Source: Minisyncoccota bacterium (lineage in GTDB: Bacteria > Patescibacteriota > Minisyncoccia > Phycocordibacterales > PALSA-1337). Taken from it: 64,000 nucleotides of DNA. The first letter of the stretch is position 1, and every line of letters starts with the position of its first letter. The position numbers and the translations under genes are program-made. The stretch lies in NCBI GenBank assembly GCA_041671485.1, contig JBAZBL010000005.1:19296-83295 (forward strand), read 5' to 3'. The notes under the pieces were generated by a model. It was not told the DNA's origin, searched no databases, and saw nothing but the letters and a program-made list of their open reading frames with translations. Below are positions 51,910 to 61,813 of the stretch, piece after piece.

Positions 51910-52228
51910 AATATTGCTAGTAGCATTGATTGCTATTTTGATAATTTCTTATGCAATTTGGCGTTCTTCTGACTATACACGTGGACCATCGATCAATGTC
52001 TTCTGGCCACAAGATGGTAGAGAAGCAACTTCTTCGACAATACAAATAATAGGTCAGGCAAAAAGAATAAATCAAATATCATTAAATGGTAAACAAATAT
52101 CAATAGATGAAGATGGTAATTTTAAAGAGACTATTATTATCTTCTCTGGCCTGAATTGGATAACACTTCATGTGAATGACAGATTTGGAAGAGATTTGAC
52201 TCAACAAATTAGAATTGTTGGCAAATAA
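51872..52228 (+). CDS. membrane-anchored Ig-like hypothetical protein
   Basis: TM helix; GP.I..P, LNG.., G.N.I...DRFG. Confidence 0.75.
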   Translation: MQLTRTTIQRLFKILLVALIAILIISYAIWRSSDYTRGPSINVFWPQDGREATSSTIQIIGQAKRINQISLNGKQISIDEDGNFKETIIIFSGLNWITLHVNDRFGRDLTQQIRIVGK

Positions 52229-52318
52229 GTGCAACACATTTTTGTATCATCTTCAATCTTGCGCTCTTTACTATTCACGTTACAATTAGATTGCAAATCA
52301 TTAATATAATATACATAT

Positions 52319-53332
52319 ATGAGCAATAAGAAAGTCAAAGAAAGTGTCACAAGATCGAGTGATGGTGTCGAGAGTGCACTAGATGCTATACGAAGCAAAT
52401 TTGGTGATGAAGCTATAATGAAGCTCGGTGACAAGCCGAAGGTAAATGTTGGAGCAATACCCAGTGGTTCTATAGGACTAGACTGGGCACTTGGTATTGG
52501 TGGTTTCCCTCGTGGTCGCATTATCGAAATATTTGGTCCAGAATCCTCTGGCAAAACCACACTTGCTCTTCATGCTGTGGCTGAAGCACAAAAAAATGGT
52601 GGGATTTGCGCTTATATTGATGCAGAACATGCTATGGATCCAGATTACGCTAGGAAGATAGGAGTCAAGATTGATGACCTCCTCATATCACAACCAGATA
52701 CAGGAGAACAAGCGCTAGAGATAGTAGAGAGCTTGGTGAGGACAGGCAAGATGGATATCATAACTATAGACTCTGTAGCTGCCCTTACTCCAAAAGCAGA
52801 AATTGAAGGCGATATGGGTGCGCATCATATTGGTGCACAAGCAAGACTAATGTCCCAAGCTTTGCGCAAACTTACCGCTATTGTAGCCAAATCAAAAACA
52901 GTAATTATATTTATAAATCAGATCCGAATGCAAATAGGTGTCATGTTTGGCAATCCAGAGACTACACCAGGAGGTAAGGCTTTGAAATTTTATGCTTCAG
53001 TTCGCCTTGATATACGTCGAATAGCACAGATCAAGAAAGGTGAAGAGACCATGGGTGGTCGTGTACGTGTCAAAGTTGTCAAAAACAAAGTAGCATCTCC
53101 ATTCAAGCAAACAGAATTTGATCTTATGTACAATGAAGGAATTTCCCAAGAAGGTGAAGTTATCGCCCTCGGAGAAAAGTACGAAATACTTCAAAAGTCT
53201 GGTTCTTCATACGCATTTGGCGAAGTTAAACTTGGCCGAGGATATGATGCTACTCGCCAATTCCTAAAAGAAAATCCAAATGTCTTGAAAGATATCCTAG
53301 GAAAGATCCGAGCAAAACTGAACGAGCAATAA
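52319..53332 (+). CDS. recA: recombinase A
   Basis: [37 protein letters not shown]. Confidence 0.99.
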   Translation: MSNKKVKESVTRSSDGVESALDAIRSKFGDEAIMKLGDKPKVNVGAIPSGSIGLDWALGIGGFPRGRIIEIFGPESSGKTTLALHAVAEAQKNGGICAYIDAEHAMDPDYARKIGVKIDDLLISQPDTGEQALEIVESLVRTGKMDIITIDSVAALTPKAEIEGDMGAHHIGAQARLMSQALRKLTAIVAKSKTVIIFINQIRMQIGVMFGNPETTPGGKALKFYASVRLDIRRIAQIKKGEETMGGRVRVKVVKNKVASPFKQTEFDLMYNEGISQEGEVIALGEKYEILQKSGSSYAFGEVKLGRGYDATRQFLKENPNVLKDILGKIRAKLNEQ

Positions 53333-53388
53333 AGACATAAATCCATACTAATTCTTGCTATTTACCAAAGTGATGGTAGACTATTTTT

Positions 53389-53961
53389 ATGTCATTACTC
53401 GAATACAATGAAATAACAGAAAAGAAATTCATAGTTTTGGACGGTCAACCATATGAGGTTATTTCTTCACATGTATTTCGCAAACAACAAAGAAAGCCCG
53501 TCAATGCAACCAAGCTCAAAAATCTGATGAGTGGCAAGGTCACAGAATACTCCTTCCACCAGTCAGAAAAAGTAGAGGAAGCCGAGATTGATTCTAGAGA
53601 GATAAAATATTTGTACAATAATCGTGGAAAATGGTGGTTCTCCGAAATAGACAACCCTTCCAAACGTTTCGAGGTTTCCGATGAATCTATAGGCCCGCAA
53701 GGTCATTACTTGAAAGTAAATACCGTCATAAAACAACTACTCTTCCAAGAAAAGCCTATGGGTTTCCAATTCCCCATTGCCGTAGAGCTCAAAGTGACAG
53801 ATGCACCACCAAGTATCAAAGGCGATACAGCAACAGGGGGTCAGAAAACTGTTACTGTAGAAACAGGTACCACAGTCAATGTTCCCCTATTTGTAAATGA
53901 GGGTGATACGATCAAGATCAATACCGAAACAGGAGAATACAGAGAAAGAGTAAATAAATAA
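53389..53961 (+). CDS. efp: elongation factor P
   Basis: KGDTATGG.K..VETG..V.VPLFVNEGD.IKINT.TGEY..R. Confidence 0.93.
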   Translation: MSLLEYNEITEKKFIVLDGQPYEVISSHVFRKQQRKPVNATKLKNLMSGKVTEYSFHQSEKVEEAEIDSREIKYLYNNRGKWWFSEIDNPSKRFEVSDESIGPQGHYLKVNTVIKQLLFQEKPMGFQFPIAVELKVTDAPPSIKGDTATGGQKTVTVETGTTVNVPLFVNEGDTIKINTETGEYRERVNK

Positions 53962-53972
53962 TCTATTTAATA

Positions 53973-54148
53973 ACAAAAAAGTGAATATAATTTTCTTGAA
54001 TCGAGTACTGTTTGAGCGTAGTCATTCGACTAGTATTTCCCAAAAGACGAGGCTGTTTATGTCCGAGAGGCCGAGTCTTTTGTGGAAATACAGGAGAATG
54101 ACGCAAGCGAGTTACGCAGATTCAAGAAAATCATATTCACTTTTTTGT
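53973..54148. repeat. long nested hairpin between convergent efp and rpsR
   Basis: ~30-bp near-perfect terminal inverted repeat with further internal stems. Confidence 0.8.
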
Positions 54149-54171
54149 ATTTTAACTAAATTACAAAATCA

Positions 54172-54375
54172 CTAACTTGCAACATACGGAAGCAAACCCA
54201 TAAATCTGGCTCGCTTTATTGCAGTTGCCAATTGTCTCTGATATTTTGCAGATATACCAGTTCTTTTCCTGCCTATCATCCTGCCGTGTGGATTTAGGAA
54301 TTTCCTTAAGATCTCTGTATCCTTGTAGTCTATATACTTGATATTATGCTGATTGAAATAACATTGTTTTTTCAT
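54172..54375 (-). CDS. rpsR: 30S ribosomal protein S18
   Basis: IDYKD..L.KF..G....RTG..AKYQR.LA.AIKRAR. Confidence 0.97.
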   Translation of the reverse strand: MKKQCYFNQHNIKYIDYKDTEILRKFLNPHGRMIGRKRTGISAKYQRQLATAIKRARFMGLLPYVAS

Positions 54376-54392
54376 GATATTTTATTTTATTC

Positions 54393-54869
54393 TTAAAAAG
54401 GTATATCGTCAGGATTAATTTCCTCTTGAGGATAATCTATCTTTTCACCACTCTTATCAGTATTGGTACTTGGAAGAGAACTGTCCCCCTCTTCTACAGC
54501 AGTCTTTGTACTCGGAGACGGAGAAGATGAGCTACTAGAAGATAGCTTCGGACCAAATTGGATATTATCTGCAATAATCTCGGTGCGATATTTCTTCTGC
54601 CCATCTTGAGCTTCCCAAGACCTAGTCTGGATACGACCTTCCACCAATATCTGTTGACCCTTTTTCATATATTGAGCGACAAGTTCACCCAAACGATCGA
54701 AGGCAGAAACATTGTGATACTCAACCATTTCCTGTTTTACACCTTCTTTATTTTTGAATATACGATTCGTTGCAACACCAAAACTTGCTACTTTACTCCC
54801 AGAAGGAAGTGCCTTGATCTCTGGATCACGCGTGAGATTGCCTATTACGAATACTTTATTTAGATACAT
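54393..54869 (-). CDS. ssb: single-stranded DNA-binding protein
   Basis: LNKVFVIGNLTRDPE, VEGRIQTRSW, DDIPF. Confidence 0.97.
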   Translation of the reverse strand: MYLNKVFVIGNLTRDPEIKALPSGSKVASFGVATNRIFKNKEGVKQEMVEYHNVSAFDRLGELVAQYMKKGQQILVEGRIQTRSWEAQDGQKKYRTEIIADNIQFGPKLSSSSSSSPSPSTKTAVEEGDSSLPSTNTDKSGEKIDYPQEEINPDDIPF

Positions 54870-54887
54870 ATTATTGTTGTTTTGTGA

Positions 54888-55433
54888 TTAAATAGCTTCT
54901 TTGACCATTTCATCGATACTTTTATCCATCTCTTCTACAGAAGCATGTTTTATTTCTTCTACTGGCTTCGAATCAGCTTCTACATTCCTAACTCTATTAT
55001 CCAATGTATTGGGCTTTTCTTCAATCGTCTTTTCATCTCTATTCCCAAATGAAGCAGCAATTGCCGACGCTCTCTTACCGAGATAGGTATTCTCGCGAAC
55101 AGTAGATGTGACGAGCGATCTCAAGACTGAAGGATGATTCTTGAAAGCATCTTTTATCTCTTCTATCTTGTCCGGCTCAATTTCAAATTTGAACCAGCCA
55201 AAATATGCTTCATCATATTTTTCATATGACCCAGAGACAGTTTTCTTGCGCATTGTATAGGCAAGACTTTCATGCCTAGGAGCTTCTTCGGCAATGAATA
55301 AGGCACCTACCTCTCTAATAATTGACCTTAGAGATTCTGTCTCATTTGCAATATTTTCTGTAGGTATTGAAGATGCTATGAGATAACTGATTTCGTACAC
55401 TGACAAATCCTCACTATTTTTGTTTTCGTTCAT
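54888..55433 (-). CDS. rpsF: 30S ribosomal protein S6
   Basis: YEISYLI, LAY, VLRSL; rpsF-ssb-rpsR synteny; long C-terminal tail. Confidence 0.9.
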   Translation of the reverse strand: MNENKNSEDLSVYEISYLIASSIPTENIANETESLRSIIREVGALFIAEEAPRHESLAYTMRKKTVSGSYEKYDEAYFGWFKFEIEPDKIEEIKDAFKNHPSVLRSLVTSTVRENTYLGKRASAIAASFGNRDEKTIEEKPNTLDNRVRNVEADSKPVEEIKHASVEEMDKSIDEMVKEAI

Positions 55434-55585
55434 GTATTTGTAACGGTCAGAAGCTTCTATTTTTCGAGAAGACCCTTTTATTTAGGGACTGACCGCGATT
55501 ACTTGTAATAGAACGAGGTTACCATGGTACTTCACTTCATGCAAGTGCGCGCCCCTACATGAAGATATTAGGATACTATCACAAA

Positions 55586-55651
55586 GAGATAAAATCCTGA
55601 TAAAATTCTCCTAAAATTTTGATAAAATTCTGCTGAAGAAACGATAAAATC
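55586..55651 (+). repeat. 66-bp dispersed repeat copy 2
   Basis: 63/66 identical to 39705-39770. Confidence 0.9.
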
Positions 55652-55719
55652 TCATACGCATTTTATCTAGAAATTTACCGAGCGAGTTACGCAGGATTCA
55701 AAATAATGTATTTGTGTCC

Positions 55720-56520
55720 CTAAATAATATGAAAGAATTTAATAGTATTTCTCAATAATTGAGCACGAACAATTTCCTCATCCTCTCCACGAATACTTGC
55801 AATTGCTTTTGCAGTTTCTATAACAAAACTTGGCTCATTCCTTTTGCCCCTATGAGGTATTGGTGCAACAAATGGGCAATCAGTCTCAACCATAACCCTG
55901 TCTATCGGAACATATTTGATCAATTCATCATAATCATGAGTAAATGTGATGACTCCAGTGAATGAGACAAAGCCACCAATATCTAAAATATCTTGAAGAT
56001 CTTTTTTATTGCCTGCAAAGAAGTGGAAATTAAAACCAACTTTTGCAGTCTTTTTTAATATTTCAATGGATTCTTGATAAGCATTAGTGCCATCTTTACT
56101 GCTCCTTGTATGGAGCATCAATGGTTTATCTAGCTCATTGGCAATATTTATCTGCTTATTGAATATTTCTCTTTGCATGGCCATATCTTCTGGCTTTGAA
56201 TGAAAATAATCCAAGCCACACTCTCCTATACCTAATACCCTATTATTATTCGCCAATTTTTTAATCACTACAGATGCCTGACTCGCGTATTCATCATGAT
56301 CATTGTTTGTCTCCGTAGGATGAATACCCACTACTGCCCAAATATCATCGTTCAACTCTGCCAAATTGACTGCCTTATTCGATGATTTGAGATCTGTACC
56401 AATAGTGATCATACCTACATTCAGATTTCGAGATCGTTCAATAACTTGATCACGATCATTATCATAATCAGTAAAGTTCAAATGCCCGTGAGCATCTATA
56501 AATTTCAATTTTGATTGCAT
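55720..56520 (-). CDS. TatD-family hydrolase
   Basis: IDAHGH, GIHP, IGECGLDY, ETDCPF..RGKRNEP. Confidence 0.93.
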   Translation of the reverse strand: MQSKLKFIDAHGHLNFTDYDNDRDQVIERSRNLNVGMITIGTDLKSSNKAVNLAELNDDIWAVVGIHPTETNNDHDEYASQASVVIKKLANNNRVLGIGECGLDYFHSKPEDMAMQREIFNKQINIANELDKPLMLHTRSSKDGTNAYQESIEILKKTAKVGFNFHFFAGNKKDLQDILDIGGFVSFTGVITFTHDYDELIKYVPIDRVMVETDCPFVAPIPHRGKRNEPSFVIETAKAIASIRGEDEEIVRAQLLRNTIKFFHII

Positions 56521-56553
56521 AAATAATTACTTGGATTATTTGGAAAATCTGCT

Positions 56554-58059
56554 CTATTTCCTAATAAATAGTGGTTGCTCTGGCATTTTACCATTCTTGA
56601 CTAGATCAATGATTGTCTCTCCTGTCTTTGGTAATATTGGTAACAATAGATTGCCTATAATATCTAAGAATGCCAATAATTCTTGTATATCTTTGATTGC
56701 ATTTTCTCTATCAACCTTAATCTTTTTGAATGGTTCTCTTTCTTGAACAATTTTATCAGCGATTGAAACCAGACTCCAGACAGCATTTGCAGATTTTTGT
56801 AGATTAAATTCATCGAAACCATCTGCATATTCTTCATATGCAACAATAACTTCTGGCAATTTCTTCACAACTTCGATCAATTTTTCATCAAAATCAATAA
56901 TATTAACTGTTGCCATTTTCATAACTCTAGAGACCAAATTACCCAGACCATTTGCCAAATGTGCATTGTATGCTTCTTCAAATTTCTCAATAGTAAATGC
57001 ACTATCTTCAAATGGATGCAATTCACGTATAACAAAGTATCTCAAAGCATCAGTACCATACTTTTTTACCAATTCAAAAGGATTGACAGTATTGCCGATT
57101 GATTTTGACATTTTGAGTCCTCCTTCCCCTGTGATAAAGCCATTTATAATTATTATCTTTGAAGGCGGTAGATCGGCTGCCATTAACATCGCTTGCCACA
57201 TTGCTGTTTGCTGACGCAAATTGTCTTTGCCACAGTATTGCACCATGCCACCCGTCTCTCTACACCATTTATCGAATGATCCATCAACTTTTAAATCATT
57301 TACTATATCATCTGGCCAGCCAATTGCAGATATATAGTTGATAAGAGCATCGAACCAAACATATATTACTTGTTTCTCATCTCCTGGCACAGGTATTCCC
57401 CATGGCATCTTGCTCGCCAATCGAGAAATACTAAAGTCTTCGATCCCTCGCTCGACGAATGATCTTATCTCATGAAGTCTAGATTCTGGTATAACGAAAG
57501 TAGTATGATCATTGTTTTCTAAGTTTTTGCTGTAAAGTTCGAGCAACTTTTCTTGAAAAGCACTAAATTTGAAGAAATAGTTTTCTTCTTCTATAGTCTC
57601 CAATTCTTGTATAGGATGCAATGGACATTTACCATCAACTAGTTCTGACTCGGTCTTCTCTAGTTCGCAACCAACACAATATTTCACAGAATAATTTTTC
57701 TTATAAATATATCCATTTTTGTCTACTAGTTTCCAGAATTCCTGTGCCGCTTTGACATGATGTTCATCAGTGGTTCTTACAAAATTGATCTCCTGCATAA
57801 TGCCGAGTGCAGGTATAAGTTCTTTGAATTTCGTCGCATATTCATCAACATATTTCTGTGTATCTATACTTCTTCCTTGTGCATTTCTGTATATTTTGAG
57901 TCCATGTTCATCTGTACCAGTATTTAGAAATACATCATATCCTTCGATCTTTTTTTGTCTTGCAACGACATCGACTCTTATCAATTCCATAGCAAAACCG
58001 ATATGAGGATCGGAATTTACATATGGCAATGTTGTTGTGATATAGAAAGGCTTTTTCAT
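56554..58059 (-). CDS. metG: methionine--tRNA ligase
   Basis: YVNSDPHIG, TGTDEHG, YVWFDAL, KMSKS. Confidence 0.96.
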   Translation of the reverse strand: MKKPFYITTTLPYVNSDPHIGFAMELIRVDVVARQKKIEGYDVFLNTGTDEHGLKIYRNAQGRSIDTQKYVDEYATKFKELIPALGIMQEINFVRTTDEHHVKAAQEFWKLVDKNGYIYKKNYSVKYCVGCELEKTESELVDGKCPLHPIQELETIEEENYFFKFSAFQEKLLELYSKNLENNDHTTFVIPESRLHEIRSFVERGIEDFSISRLASKMPWGIPVPGDEKQVIYVWFDALINYISAIGWPDDIVNDLKVDGSFDKWCRETGGMVQYCGKDNLRQQTAMWQAMLMAADLPPSKIIIINGFITGEGGLKMSKSIGNTVNPFELVKKYGTDALRYFVIRELHPFEDSAFTIEKFEEAYNAHLANGLGNLVSRVMKMATVNIIDFDEKLIEVVKKLPEVIVAYEEYADGFDEFNLQKSANAVWSLVSIADKIVQEREPFKKIKVDRENAIKDIQELLAFLDIIGNLLLPILPKTGETIIDLVKNGKMPEQPLFIRK

Positions 58060-58073
58060 CTTGAAAATGATAA

Positions 58074-59153
58074 TTAGCTTACAATAACCTCCTTCTCTCC
58101 ACTTTTTCTCTTTTCTATATCAGATACATATTCCATGAGAGCTGCAGACAATGGTACTGCAACCAGTGCGCCAAGAACCCCTGCAAGTTTGAAACCGATG
58201 AGAAGTGCCAAAATGACTATGACAGGATTGACACCAATTATTTTTTTAGTGACTAGAGGAACTATAATATGATTTTCGAGCTGTTGAATGATGAAATACA
58301 ATACAGCAATCAAAATAGTTGTACTCAATCCTCTATCTGCAAAAGTAAGTAGTATGGCTGGTATTGAAGCAAGGATAGGTCCAAAGACCGGAACAATCTC
58401 TAGTAGGGCTGCAAGTACTGCTAGAGGTAAAGCATAAGGGATGCCAACTGCTCTTAGAGATATATAAACAAGAATACCTACTATCAATCCCAAAATAACT
58501 TGCCCTTGCAACCACAAACCAATCTTTCTCCTAGATCTCTTCCAAAGATTGATAATATAATCATGATGCCTTATTGGTGCTATGATCTGCAAGAAATCAT
58601 CTACCCCATCTTCTCTTATTGCAAGATAGAAAGATAAGACAAATATCAAAATGAGACTCAATGCTCCACCAAATATAACACTTGCCATATGGAAAGCACC
58701 TTCTCCAGAACCAATGAGTAATGACTGTACACCTGCTATAAAATCTTTGAGCAAAACTATTTTTCCTGTTGCCACCCCATCTGTAGTAGTAAATAAACCA
58801 GAATTCTCTATAGGACTCCATAGATCCGAAAGTGACATTGTTCTTGGTATATTATCAACAAATCTAATAGTCTCATCCATTACTGCTGGCACAAAAAATA
58901 CAAATAACATTGCCAATATTGATACAATGAGTACATATACAACAACAACGGCAGCAATCCTATTGAATTTGAGATAATGTCTGATACGTCTAACAACTGG
59001 CTCTATAGCAGATGCTATTACTACGGCCGCGATAACAACCAATACAATATCTCGAAGATAAAAAAGTATCAAAATTGTCAAAACTACAATGAAAAACCTG
59101 ATTATTGTACCCGTACTTATAGACACTGACTCTTTGCTTAAAGGGAGAGACAT
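58074..59153 (-). CDS. AI-2E family transporter
   Basis: WLQGQ, EIVPVFGP, QQLENH..P, G.LGALVAVP. Confidence 0.9.
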   Translation of the reverse strand: MSLPLSKESVSISTGTIIRFFIVVLTILILFYLRDIVLVVIAAVVIASAIEPVVRRIRHYLKFNRIAAVVVVYVLIVSILAMLFVFFVPAVMDETIRFVDNIPRTMSLSDLWSPIENSGLFTTTDGVATGKIVLLKDFIAGVQSLLIGSGEGAFHMASVIFGGALSLILIFVLSFYLAIREDGVDDFLQIIAPIRHHDYIINLWKRSRRKIGLWLQGQVILGLIVGILVYISLRAVGIPYALPLAVLAALLEIVPVFGPILASIPAILLTFADRGLSTTILIAVLYFIIQQLENHIIVPLVTKKIIGVNPVIVILALLIGFKLAGVLGALVAVPLSAALMEYVSDIEKRKSGEKEVIVS

Positions 59154-60403
59154 GACTTTATTGTATCATGTTTAGTTTTGCCAATAAGAGCCATATTTAA
59201 CTTATCATTCACAAATATTTCTCTGGCCAAATCACGAACTTGTTCAGCAGTAACTGCATTGATTTTTTCTATCAATTCTTCGGGACTCTCTATCTTTTTC
59301 TTCAAGATTTCTTGATATCCGAGAAATTCTGCCCTAGCATCAGAAGTCTCCAACTCCAACATTGTTGTTCCACCAATATAGTCCTTTGCTTTCTTGATTT
59401 CATCTTGTGGTACAAGATCATCACGAAGACGTTTGCATTCCTCCAATATCCCTTTTATTCCTTTTTCAACCCTTGAATTGTCAACGCCAGCAACAATAGA
59501 CAATATTCCATGGTCTGTAAAAGCATCATGATCTGCTTTTATGTAATAGCATATTCCCAAGTTATCTCGCATTTTGGAGAATAGGCGCGAACTCATCCCT
59601 CTCCCCAAAATAGTTGATAATACATTTATGATAGGGATTCTAGGATCATTTATCGGGAATGTTCTCATTCCTATCACAAGATGTGTTTGATCTGTTTCCT
59701 TCTCTACTATCTTTATCTGTGGAGATGATTGTGATTCTTTGACTCCGAGCTTTGGATATTTATCATTTGTTGGAATCTTGGCAAAAAAATCTTCAATCAT
59801 TTTAACAATAGATGATTCTATGAATGAACCAGAAACAACTACAGTCGTAGCATTTGCAACATAATGTTTGTTGCGATAGTCGACGAGTTGTTCGCGAGTA
59901 AAAGCGCGTACATTGTCCTCTGAACCTGCGATATTCCATCCAGCAGGTTGATCACCATATAGAAGCTCCATAAATACATCCTGAACTTTTCTCTGTGGGA
60001 GATCATTGTACATGCGTATTTCTTCTATGATCACTCCCTTTTCCTTTTGCATCTCATTTATATCAAAGATTGGATTCTGATACATATCAGAAACAATATC
60101 TAAAATATTTGAAAGGTGTTTCTTATCTGCTTTGGCATAATATCCAGTGAATTCGTGCGATGTAAAAGCATTATAATGAGCACCTATAGAATCCAATTCT
60201 CTAGATATATCACTAGCTTTTGGCCTCCTAGATGAACCCTTGAAGACCATATGTTCTAGGAAATGAGAAATGCCATTGTTCTCTCTTTTCTCATATTTGG
60301 AGCCCGCCTCAACCATCACAAGAACTGTGATAGCAGGATTGTCAGGCATCGGCACGGTGATAACTCGCAGGCCATTTTTTAGTGTTATTTTCTTGAATTT
60401 CAT
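59138..60403 (-). CDS. M16-family zinc peptidase
   Basis: HFLEH, NAFT, GMSSRLF. Confidence 0.93.
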   Translation of the reverse strand: MKFKKITLKNGLRVITVPMPDNPAITVLVMVEAGSKYEKRENNGISHFLEHMVFKGSSRRPKASDISRELDSIGAHYNAFTSHEFTGYYAKADKKHLSNILDIVSDMYQNPIFDINEMQKEKGVIIEEIRMYNDLPQRKVQDVFMELLYGDQPAGWNIAGSEDNVRAFTREQLVDYRNKHYVANATTVVVSGSFIESSIVKMIEDFFAKIPTNDKYPKLGVKESQSSPQIKIVEKETDQTHLVIGMRTFPINDPRIPIINVLSTILGRGMSSRLFSKMRDNLGICYYIKADHDAFTDHGILSIVAGVDNSRVEKGIKGILEECKRLRDDLVPQDEIKKAKDYIGGTTMLELETSDARAEFLGYQEILKKKIESPEELIEKINAVTAEQVRDLAREIFVNDKLNMALIGKTKHDTIKSCLSL

Positions 60404-60407
60404 AGCA

Positions 60408-60444
60408 TTTCGGAGGCCTCGCCTCGGAGGCGAGGCCTCCGAAA
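60408..60444. repeat. GC-rich palindrome
   Basis: TTTCGGAGGCCTCGCCT-CGG-AGGCGAGGCCTCCGAAA. Confidence 0.8.
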
Positions 60445-60452
60445 CCTAAAAT

Positions 60453-61778
60453 CTATTTTAACTTATTTACCAAATCTTCAATTTTCACCCTCTCTTGCAC
60501 CCCTGTATCCCTATCACGTACAGTGACATCTCCTTTTTCGAGAGAATCAAAATCAACAGTTATACAATATGGCGTGCCTATTTCATCTTGTCTTCTATAT
60601 CTTTTTCCAATATTTCCATTGTCGTCAAATTCAACAGTGCCTACTCCCTGCGAAGTAGAGGAGCCCATTTCTTTCTTTAACATTTTATAAATTTCCAATG
60701 CCTTCTCTACCAATTTCGGCTTATTTTTGAGAAGTGGAAATACAGCCACCTTCACAGGTGCAATCTTCGAAGAAAGCTTGAGATATACTCTTTTCTCACC
60801 ATTCATTTCATCTTCTGTATAAGAATTGACTAGAGTAGCCAAAACCAATCTATCAACACCAAATGATGGCTCAATGACATGTGGTACTATCTTTTCTTTT
60901 GCTTCTTCATCTAGATATTCGAGAGAGACACTACTACCTTTACCATGACTCGATAGATCGAAATCTGTTCTATATGCCAAGCCAGACAACTCTTGACGGC
61001 CAAAAGGAAAATCGTATTCAAAATCTATAGTCCTTTTTGAATAATGAGCCAATTTCTCTTGTGGAACTTCCAATTCATGGACTTTATTACTATCTAGTCC
61101 CAAATCTTCAAAAAATGCCAATGTCTCCTTTCGAAGATCCTCAAAAGATTTTTCCCATTCATTTGGTCGTACGAAATATTCAATTTCCATTTGCTCGAAC
61201 TCTCTCGCCCTGAAAAGGAAATCTCTAGGGGCAATTTCATTCCTGAAAGCCTTCCCTATCTGTACCAGACCAAAGGGCAGTTTTGGATGGAATGAATCTA
61301 TAACATTTTTGAAATTGACAAACATACCTTGTGCAGTTTCTGGACGAAGATATGACTTGGTTGCTTCACCTTTTTCAGCACCTATATTTGTCTCAAACAT
61401 CATATTGAATTGTTTTGTACTACCCAATTCTCCTTTGCAATCTGGGCACTTTTTATTGTCTTCTAGCTGATCGGTACGAAATGTATGTTTGCATTTCTTA
61501 CATTCTGACATTGGGTCTGCAAAACCACTAGCATGACCACTAGACTGCCATACCTCTTTATTCATGATAATGGCAGAGTCAAAACGAAGCATATCTTCAC
61601 GAGAATCAGCAAAGCGATTCAGCCAAACTTTTTTGATATTTTCTTTTAATAAAACTCCATAATGTGCATAATCCCAAAAACCAGATAGTCCTCCATATAT
61701 CTCTGATCCTTGGAAAACAAAACCGCGCCTTTTACAAAGTGATACTATTTTGTCCATAAGTGAATCGTTTTCTGTCAT
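60453..61778 (-). CDS. glyQS: glycine--tRNA ligase (alpha2 type)
   Basis: LRPETAQG, GKAFRNEI, REFEQME, IEPSFGVDR, IGKRYRRQDEIGTP. Confidence 0.96.
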   Translation of the reverse strand: MTENDSLMDKIVSLCKRRGFVFQGSEIYGGLSGFWDYAHYGVLLKENIKKVWLNRFADSREDMLRFDSAIIMNKEVWQSSGHASGFADPMSECKKCKHTFRTDQLEDNKKCPDCKGELGSTKQFNMMFETNIGAEKGEATKSYLRPETAQGMFVNFKNVIDSFHPKLPFGLVQIGKAFRNEIAPRDFLFRAREFEQMEIEYFVRPNEWEKSFEDLRKETLAFFEDLGLDSNKVHELEVPQEKLAHYSKRTIDFEYDFPFGRQELSGLAYRTDFDLSSHGKGSSVSLEYLDEEAKEKIVPHVIEPSFGVDRLVLATLVNSYTEDEMNGEKRVYLKLSSKIAPVKVAVFPLLKNKPKLVEKALEIYKMLKKEMGSSTSQGVGTVEFDDNGNIGKRYRRQDEIGTPYCITVDFDSLEKGDVTVRDRDTGVQERVKIEDLVNKLK

Positions 61779-61813
61779 AAAAGCATTCTACATCAAAAAG
61801 ACAAATAATAAAA

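Noticed and set aside
56554-58059. MetRS HIGF instead of HIGH
   Set aside because: The last position of the motif varies among MetRS; the rest of the enzyme looks intact
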